Shown here: piece by piece, positions 53,809 through 64,000 of the stretch
How positions within the stretch are numbered: position 1 is the first letter of the stretch
Layout of the letters: each line of letters opens with the position of its first letter
NCBI GenBank assembly: GCA_012295275.1
Contig: CM022670.1
Location: 17,670,001 to 17,734,000, forward strand
Direction of reading: 5' to 3'
Length of the DNA stretch: 64,000 nucleotides
Source of the DNA: Chrysomallon squamiferum
Lineage: Eukaryota; Animalia; Mollusca
Program-made: the position numbers and the translations under genes
The notes under the pieces: model-generated
The model's database searches: none
Told to the model about the DNA's origin: nothing
Seen by the model: the letters and a program-made list of their open reading frames with translations, nothing else

Positions 53809-54227
53809 CGAATACGGCCACCTGGGGCGCTGGGAACAGTGTCTGACCCGGTAGTGTTAAAAGTGACACCGGTACTAAATTAACGAATCTGGAACGTGGA
53901 GGAAATCTTGTCCCCGGGGCTCGCTTTTTCAGCTTTTCTCTTTCATAAACCCTCGTTTTTCCTGTCCATCAAATAATCACCTAATCAGCACAGAAACGAG
54001 AAGTCCTTTCATTTTTTTTATTTGTGAAGAAAAAGAATATTAAGAATACAGAAAAGTGATATTGAGTTAACTAGGTAAAACAAAACCACCTCATTATACT
54101 GCGTAATTAATTTCGTTTGGGGAGTAAATGTAGTATATGACAAATTTAGTTTTTTCTTTGATTTACTACTGTCGTAAAAAAAAATTAAATTAACTTTTGT
54201 GTAATATAATAATTGTTTTTTCTTTTA

Positions 54228-54333
<106 letters not shown>

Positions 54334-54709
54334 ATTTGTTCCTTCTCTGTCTCTTCTCTGTTTGTCTCTTTCTTTATCTCACTCACTCACACACACATCC
54401 ACGCACACATAGAGTAAACCAGTTAGTAGTAGCGGGAAAGGTACGGAACAACAGTTCAGAATACGTTATCTAAATTTCATCTTGATTTTACTACTTCCAG
54501 AATACGCGCTATCAGAAGATAAATCCACAATGGCCGAAGCACGTGCAGACGGCATTGGTTGGTAATCTCCCCACGACAGTTCTAAAATAATATTTCTCGA
54601 ACTATAATCCTATCTTGTGTTAAATCATATAATTACTGTGAATTTTATCTTTAAGTGCACTTTAATGTCGCGTGTGAAAACAGACGTTTAATTTAATAAT
54701 GTATGATCG

Positions 54710-54713
54710 ATAC

Positions 54714-54760
<47 letters not shown>

Positions 54761-54901
54761 TTATAATAAAATAATAGTAGTAGTAGTAGTAATAATAATA
54801 GTAGTAGTAGTAGTAGTAGTAATAGCAATAGCAGCAGCAGTAGTAGTAGTAATGATGATAACAATAACGATGATTACGACGACGACGATGCTGATGATGA
54901 T

Positions 54902-54945
<44 letters not shown>

Positions 54946-54985
54946 TAATAATAATAATAACAGCAACAACAATAATAATAATAAC
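54710..54985. repeat. Compound trinucleotide tract (AAT/AGT/AGC/GAT/GAC)n
   Basis: Read directly. Confidence 0.9.
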
Positions 54986-56063
54986 GTAAATATAAGAACA
55001 AAAGAAAACTCAAATAAAAAAGCAATAAAATAAAATAGAATAAAATAAAATAAATATAACGTATTAAAACAGACTTGTCTATTAAAATTCAAGTTCGATC
55101 ATCTATCCCATCCAAAATGAAGCGATATTATCGTACGACAACCGGCAGTTATCGTTCCTGACGCCTTTTTGAAGTGCGCAATTATCGCTGATTATCGCCG
55201 CCATCTGCGCACTGTTGACGGCTCTCTATGGGAACACGTTTTGCACGTTCAGCCGTACAATTACGCACTGGGCATGTGCATGTCGGGATAGATTATAAAC
55301 GAAAAGGATTTTGTAATAGCGGGCATGTAGCTGCAATTTATGGCATTAGTGTTAGGAAATAGAATTATATGGCTGATTTGAGAGAAGATAAAAATAGATA
55401 CAGATTGTCTTGTTATTTTTAGCATTGAGAAGTTTGTTAATGAGACTGTATGACATATTCACGAACAAAGACACATATACAGGCATACCGCAACATATGA
55501 ACTTATTGTTTATAAATCTGAAATTATTGACGTAGATGATTACAAGAATATATATGTACTGTCATGGTAGATGAAATAAAAATTAATAAAACATAATAAT
55601 GATGATGATGATGACAATGGCGATAATGTCATTGTGGGATATAATGGCGACGACGACGATGATGACGATGATTATGGTGAATATAATTATGATGATGAAA
55701 AAGATATTGACAAATAAATTAATAAAATCCGCAGAAAGAACCAAAACGTATTGGCACTTAATAACAAAGCCAGCAGCGCATTGTGTACTCTACGAATGTC
55801 AAATGAGAGGTCACGTGATACCGAATAACATGGCATATTCTTCGCTCGTCTCGAGTTTAAGATGGCGCCCTAAGAACATTTCCCAGATTTTAGTTTCACC
55901 TGCAAACAGCTGGAGTCAGGTGCGTCAGAGAAACAAAGCAAAAGAAAACAGGAAAAGAAAAGCAATAGAAATGTACGATATATGTTTACTGGTCACTGTT
56001 AAATAATATTAATAAACACTGAACTAATCAAACAATGAAAACAACAATGCCAGTTAGCTAATT

Positions 56064-56189
<126 letters not shown>

Positions 56190-56946
56190 ACAAAAGGTTT
56201 CTTAAATTCCAGTTAATTCTATTTAATTTCACTTGCGAAATACAAAGCGGGTAGAATGTTTGTTATAGAAATCATATAGAAATCACTTTAGGTTTATTTT
56301 TTTTTTTTATTATCATTTATTTTTTTACACTAATTATATGGATGAAACCTTCACTTAGTTTCGAACCTGAATTCTTTCTAATGACTCAGTCATTTTTAAT
56401 CAGTGTAACTACAGACTATTTGAACTATTCGGCAATACACTGCACGTGCAACAATGACATACGTAGCTTCTATTAACAAGTGACAAATAACCGTGTCTGT
56501 AATATATCAATCAAACGTTTATTAAAAATAGACAGATAACGTTGGGACACAGAAAAACTAGTTTGTTCAGTTTGATGTTCCTGCAAATGAGTCAGGAATG
56601 TCGACACTTTTAAGAGCACGGTTTGATTTAGCATCCACTGAACGTTACAGGCAGAACCGTAGTTCAAACACAATGCTCCTGTTGTCGCCGTGATGTCCAC
56701 GTGGTCGTGAAAACGCCATCAATCAATGTGAAAACACGACTAGCACGGCCTGGCTGTGTCACGGCTCAGAACAGACGGCTACGACAACACACAGACCATG
56801 TGTTTGTCTGGTGAAACATCGCTCAGACTGTCATCTAAAGATGCTTTTATATAACGCGATTTGTAGAGATGCTATGTATAGTATAGGTATAACATGATAC
56901 TCTCCTTATTTCCTTTTTGTTTTTGATTGTTTCCCTTAATATTATG

Positions 56947-57000
<54 letters not shown>

Positions 57001-58296
57001 CGAAATGAATTTTTAAATAATTTTAATTGAATTAAATTTTATTAAATTCTTGAATTAAAGTTTTAGACATAAACACCCTAAATCTTCGATGTGGGTTTTC
57101 ATACCTTCTTTATCTTTCTCAGAATGGTTATTTTTTTATTTTTTTTCACAGGTTTCTATTTTTGTATTAAATGAAATTTGTGTTATAAAGAAATACTTCG
57201 AACAGTGCAGGTAAAGCAGCAGTAGAAGTAGTAGTGGTAGTAATATAGTAACACAAGTAGTAGTAGTAGTAGTATGCGGAGCAGTAGTGGCAGCAATAGT
57301 AATAGTAGTAGTAGTTGAGAAGTAGTAGTAGTAGTAGTAGCAGCAGCAGCAGTAGTAGGTAATAGCATTAGATGTAATAATCCCAAAAGGGAATGCACAA
57401 TGAACTGTTCAGTCACACAGTTAAAACTGTGTGAACTATACTAATTAAAACAATTATTTCTAAGCTTTACGTCACCCTGTCAACAGTCAACACTTACACT
57501 AACAAGGGACCCTTAAGTTTCTCCCTGAAAAGGGCTGCTGATGTATTTTGTAATTCTCAGTAAAACGTTAATACCGTTCATCTTTTATTTGTACTTGAGA
57601 TTAGAGCGTTATAAACAGAAAAATAATGAATGTTGATGTTTGATTCGCAGTCAGTTTCTCCTCCGAACAAAGTAATTTAATTACACAAAACGGAATCTAT
57701 TATGCTGTAGATTATCTGCTCCGGTAAAATTCGCCGTAAAATACAAAAAGCAGCTTTCGGAGCGCGACAATATTTACACGAGCCGAGAAGCTCATTTATA
57801 ACGGTAATTAAATAACAGCAGCTACTTTTACTGCATTACGTAAGCGTCAACGGAAAGTTAAGAAAATGTGAAAGGGAGATTACTGTCATTCTTTGTCTTC
57901 AATGACTCGAGGCGGCGCTGCTCGTGGAATGCCGCTGAAATGAACACGCCCTTCAGGTGATAGGGGAAATTGACAATATAAACAATCGGTGAATTGGGAT
58001 TGCTTCGTTTAAAAAGTCTGGTTGTAAATAGTTTGAATAGAACAGAATGTGTGTCTGTGTTATTTCAAATGGATGCCGTTATGGTTATATTCACACCTGT
58101 ACCGAAACACCTTTTTTTTGTATGAAATGTAATTTATTTGGGTTATTATTTGTTTTTTATTTATTTATTTATTTATTTAAACGTGAGTTTATTTTTTGTT
58201 TGAAATATATGTGACATATGGTAGTGATAACAGAAAGGTCCTTTGTAGCAAAAGTATTTATTTATGTGTTTATTTATTTATTTATCAAATTATTAA

Positions 58297-58329
<33 letters not shown>

Positions 58330-58346
58330 CATCATCATCATCATCA

Positions 58347-58387
<41 letters not shown>

Positions 58388-58850
58388 GTTATTATATATT
58401 TTATTATTTTCATTCTTGTATAAAATTTATATAATAATAATTATCAAAATGAAAATCAAATTTTACCTTGTTAATTTGAAAACACATCTACAAAAATATC
58501 TATTTATTTGGAAATTAATTTTCTAATACCTCCTGCATAACAGTCTAAGACCTTGTAGTTTTCTTTCGTCATTACAGTTTTTAAATAGTTTTACATGTTA
58601 ATAAGAATAATGTATTATAAAATATTTTCTTCTACTGAAAAATACTTAATTATTCCGTAAAGTATTTTTGTTGTAACCTATCATTTCATCCAAGTAAAAT
58701 ATATATATATTTTTTTCCATTAAAATTATTTTATATCACAGAATATAAATATGCTTTTCATGTATTAAAAATAATAATTTAAAACTAAATGAATTAAATA
58801 AAAAATATAATAATTTCACACTAGTATTTTGTAATAAAAAAAACAACAAC

Positions 58851-58891
<41 letters not shown>

Positions 58892-59342
58892 TGATGATGA
58901 TGATGATAATAATATTATTTTTATTATTTTAGTTCTGTTCATAATCTTTCTTTTTGCGTTTACATTAATGCCTTTTACATCGCTAGAAAGAGAACCGTTA
59001 TAAAATATTAAAATTTCAGTTATTTCTTTATTTGTATATTTACATAACAGTAGTCGACAGACATTACATCCACTATACGTTATATTAATTCTTTCCGCAA
59101 AGATGACGTGACCCCAATGCACTTGTTTTCATATATAAGGAGGGTTTTTATTTTATGTGCTTTGAAAAATTATTTATGAGCGAAAACGTGCGATATTTTA
59201 TTTATTTCTTCATTTACTACATTGTTCTCTAAACGTTTTTCATTTTATGTTTTTTTTTTTCTTTGCGTTTTGAATGGACATACGAAGAAAATAAAACTAA
59301 TAAAAACGAACAGAAAGATAGAGGGGTGTATGTATAGGGAGG

Positions 59343-59410
<68 letters not shown>

Positions 59411-59623
59411 AATACATAGATGGATATTTGGAGTGAGAGAGAAGTAAACGAGAAATAAATAATATATATATATATAAATTAAAAAACAATGTATGTAATA
59501 ATAATTAATAGAAATTAAAATAATTTTAATGAAATAAAACAGATTACCAGGTCATATATAGACCAACAACAACAACAACAAATAAATAAATAAATAACAG
59601 TAGTAGTAGTAGTAGCAGTAGTG

Positions 59624-59669
<46 letters not shown>

Positions 59670-60168
59670 AATTTTAGCACATTTTTAAAGTGATATTAAG
59701 TTACTCGGATGTCTGTATAATAAAATAATTATTTATGAAATATGTTGTTCAAATACGACACATGAATATATTTCTGTCTCTAATGAATGCTTGTCGAATT
59801 TCAAATGAAACCAAATACTATACAAACATGTCACATTTCATGTTTTACAAGCAGAATTAGGCTCGCTATCTGCAATTTATCTAGATGTTTTGTCCAATTT
59901 GAGCTTTTCGGTTATTCTGGTAATATTAAGTAGGGTACAAAAGAGCCATATGGTTTTACACGAGGCACACTAATTAAAAACCAGCGCGCACGTGCTCGAT
60001 ACGGCCGCACGAGAATATTTGGCGACATGTTGATTTTCTGCAAATGTGATTTATTATTATTAATGGTGATGTATATTTCACAATAATTGGTTTTATAAAC
60101 AGTGTCAGTTTCAAACAGTTGAAATATTTTGTGCGTTATCTTTTTCTGTTTACTTCTTTTCTTTTCAG

Positions 60169-60202
<34 letters not shown>

Positions 60203-60519
60203 TATAGTTTTTCGTTTTTACTTTTTTCCCTTTTGGGGTATAATTTATTTGTTCCGTTTATTTGTATAATTAGAATTTATTTTCTCTGTTTTGTTAATTA
60301 CTATGTTGAATCATTATTTCTGACGTAATGAGTTTGAAACTAATGACATAATTTTATATTTCACAAGCATTGCTTTTTCTTCATATTTTTATAAATAATC
60401 TTAGATTGAATTTCTGTAGTGTAAATGTTTTAACAGTGGATTCAAAACAAAACTGTATCGTTAGCGGTGAAAGTATTTTAAAATTAGTTTTGAAATATAA
60501 CAGCGAAGATAATTCTACA

Positions 60520-60670
60520 AATTAATAGCAAAAACAATCGTTTAATTTAACCGGAAAAATAGTTTTATAATTTAACAGTAAAAATAATTTTATAATTTAA
60601 CAGCAAAAATAATTTTATTAATTAAAGGTACAAATAATTTTATAATTTAGAGGTTTAAGCAATTTTAGAA
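60520..60670. repeat. Degenerate 23-bp AT-rich tandem repeat (AATTTTATAATTTAACAGCAAAAAT-like)
   Basis: Five to six recognisable units. Confidence 0.7.
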
Positions 60671-60922
60671 AAAAAAAAACAAGATAAAAATTAGAAAGAA
60701 ACTGAAACTGAAATTTCACATAAAATGTTGTTTCTTTGTAAAAGTGTTTTCTAACGTTAGAACAATTTTCCGCTAAAATCTAGAATTAAAAATATCATTG
60801 TCTTACATAGAAAGTCAGATCAAATGTGCATAAAACAGAAATTTTTTATTGTTGTAATTATTTCAAATAATGAATATTGCATGGAACACTGAGAGAAACT
60901 ATTAATTAACTTATTTATTTAT

Positions 60923-60972
<50 letters not shown>

Positions 60973-61020
60973 AACAACAACAACAACAACAATAACAATA
61001 ATAGTAATAATACAACAACA

Positions 61021-61053
<33 letters not shown>

Positions 61054-61161
61054 GATGTTTTTAGCGTGGGCTTGATGCTTTTTAACAACCATTAATTTCA
61101 CTTAAGATAATTTTTATTTAATGTTCTAAATTGACGTATTTACATTAATAATTTCATTCAG

Positions 61162-61209
<48 letters not shown>

Positions 61210-61978
61210 TAAATTGAAATATCCCACTTTAACGCTTCACAGCATTTAAAATCTTTATTTTTTTTTTTTTTCACTTCACTTCGGAGAGAGAGCTAATTTC
61301 ACACAAAACAAAATAACATAATTTTTTCCTCTCCTTTTCGTTATTAGTGAGTGAGTGAAGTAAAAAAGTGGAATGCACGGTTTTTAAAGCGCCCGTCAGA
61401 TGGTGAAGATAGCGGTAGTCGGCGCTTGACGGGTCTCGGACGCAGAGCGCTCGTAACATCAATCAACCAGAAGCGAGACATGCGTGCTACGGAGACAGAC
61501 GAGAGGCGGCGAGATCAAAGCTGAAATGTTGTCGCTTTCCAGGTCACGCAGACAGTCGGGTTATAACTATGACACCAGGGTCCGGATTCTTGGGTGGGTG
61601 GGGTGAAAAAAAAAAAAAAAAAAGAAAGAATGAAAAAAAAAAGGATGTGGCCACTTTCTTTCTCTGTTTTTTTTTTTTGTTGTTTTTTTGTGGTTGTAAA
61701 AGTTTTCGAAATTTAATGCTCTTTTTTTTTTATTTTGTTCTGTTTGTAAGAGTGTAAATATATCAGGAGTTATTGTTTCATGCTGGATCCTTAGCTTATT
61801 ATATAAATTATTGTTACTGTTATTATTGTTATTGTTAATGTTATTGTTGTTGTTGTTATTATTATTATTAGTAGTAGTAGTATTGTTTTTGTTATTGTTG
61901 TCATTATCATAATCGTCATCATCATCTTCATCTTTATTTATTATAATATTCTATTATTCGTAAGAACAATATATACAC

Positions 61979-61989
<11 letters not shown>

Positions 61990-62025
<36 letters not shown>

Positions 62026-62040
62026 AATATATGTATGTAT

Positions 62041-62105
<65 letters not shown>
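61990..62105. repeat. (TG)n microsatellites
   Basis: Read directly. Confidence 0.93.
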
Positions 62106-62106
<1 letters not shown>

Positions 62107-62612
62107 CACCCGAAAACAAAATCTCTCTTGCACGAATACATCAATATTGTCCGCACTTTTATACATAACTGCGATGATGCCCTCCACCCCTAAACTTGCC
62201 TTGTGTCCGCACCTGAAGGTAAAATAATGTGGTGAATATTTCATATGCGGATAATACCCTGTTTTGTTTTGTGGCGTCCGTGAAAGCTTTATGTTTGAAA
62301 AGAGTAAAGAATTTAAAAATATGAAGTTTTAATGACATAAATATTTTCTTTGCACAGAGTCACCTATGAAATGCTATTAAGTATGAGGAATTTAGCTTTA
62401 TGGTAAGAATGTTAATAGGAGCTCAAAAACTTCAAGTTGTTGTGACTTCATTAAAAAGAGAATTTTTAAAATGGAAACTACGACTACAAAGGTGTGAAAA
62501 TTTCGTTGGTAAAATTAATGTTAGAACGAAATTTATTTATTTATTTGTTTACTGATTGTGATAATGTGAAATCTGAAGAAAGAATTTGGAATTTGAACTG
62601 CCCATCTCTTTC

Positions 62613-62772
<160 letters not shown>

Positions 62773-63445
62773 AATTATTTGATATGTACAATTCAATAAA
62801 ACAGTTATGATACAATACCATCATAATAATATAATTTTTTGTCAATAGTTGTGTACCCATGGCTTATATATTATGTTAAATAACTAAGTACAGATTAAAC
62901 TTTTATATATCTATTCACTTTTTAGATAAATAATTTTTATAGAATTTACCGACACTTTAATTTTAATTTATGTTTTACATTTGTATCACCTTATTCAGTT
63001 TGTCTTATATTACGTCATGAGTGAAATGTATATTTTTCTTTTCTTTCAGTTTAAAATAATAACACAAATAATATAATGGTTTAGTATATTTAAATGCAAC
63101 ATAACATTTGACTTAATACAACGTAAAATGATATGAATATTCAAGGGAGTAAGAATATCGTTTTATAATTTAGTTTTTTCAAATGTTTTTTCTTGAATAT
63201 ATATATCTATATATATATAGATATGTATATGTTTTGTTTTTAACGAAAAAAAATTACTTTCAGAAGCAGCAAATATATTTAAACATAATTTTGTACAAAA
63301 CCCTGTATATCTTATTGCTTTATTTTATTACATTTGTTTTTATTTATTTTTTATTCATTTATTTAGCTGAGATTTAGTTCTTATAAATATTATTGATATT
63401 CAACAGATGATGGGTTTTATAATTTATAATTTGATTAGTTTGACA

Positions 63446-63484
<39 letters not shown>

Positions 63485-63495
63485 CATTGTTGTTG

Positions 63496-63548
<53 letters not shown>

Positions 63549-64000
63549 TTCTGTTGATCAATAACACTTTAATAAACTGATTATCTTTGTGTACAAACAG
63601 GAAAAATAACACTGTTCATTTTCGTCCTTCATCTTGATGAGGTCAGAACAAGAGTGATTTTAGTTTCATTATTAAAAATAACAGACTGTCAAAAGGAAAT
63701 CTCCGCTATTCACAATTCATCAAACATGTTTCTTTTCCCAGCATGATCCGTTATTCACTGGCGAGCATTTTGGAAAAACAACCAGTCATTGGTCACTTCG
63801 TAAAACCGTGACAATGGGGCACTTTTCAGGCTCACAGGTTAATCGTGTTTTGAAAAGTAACCCCTGAAATTGTCTCATTTACTCGCTCAATGCGTGCAAT
63901 TTCCCGCTCAACAAAAGCGTCCGTTCGATTTTTACGAGCAAACGTAAAAGTAATATTGTATACAAGATGTTTTCGTGGCAGGACGCTATTCAGTCGCTTT

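Overview
This is AT-rich, microsatellite-dense animal genomic DNA, not prokaryotic. Degenerate SINE remnants suggest a mollusc, probably a gastropod, which is an inference. The only well-supported gene is a transcription factor AP-2 (TFAP2) homologue on the minus strand. Three internal coding exons can be read directly with canonical AG/GT splice sites and matching phases. 38143-37664 (480 nt) carries the PY-motif transactivation region. 14195-14138 (58 nt) is a small exon absent from the ORF track. 8409-8205 (205 nt) is the start of the basic DNA-binding domain. Spliced, they give 743 nt (247 codons + 2 nt) with no stop. The downstream basic/helix-span-helix exons were not found and probably lie left of position 1. 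The first coding exon is not identified with confidence, and two weak in-phase candidates are noted. The rest is intron or upstream DNA: CpG-retaining islands rich in transcription-factor motifs alternate with simple repeats, local tandem duplications and a few old SINE-like fragments. Nearly all other ORFs in the track are microsatellite artefacts. I see no evidence of a new multi-gene system. The most useful leads are the small exon, candidate AP-2 autoregulatory sites and several candidate enhancer/promoter modules.
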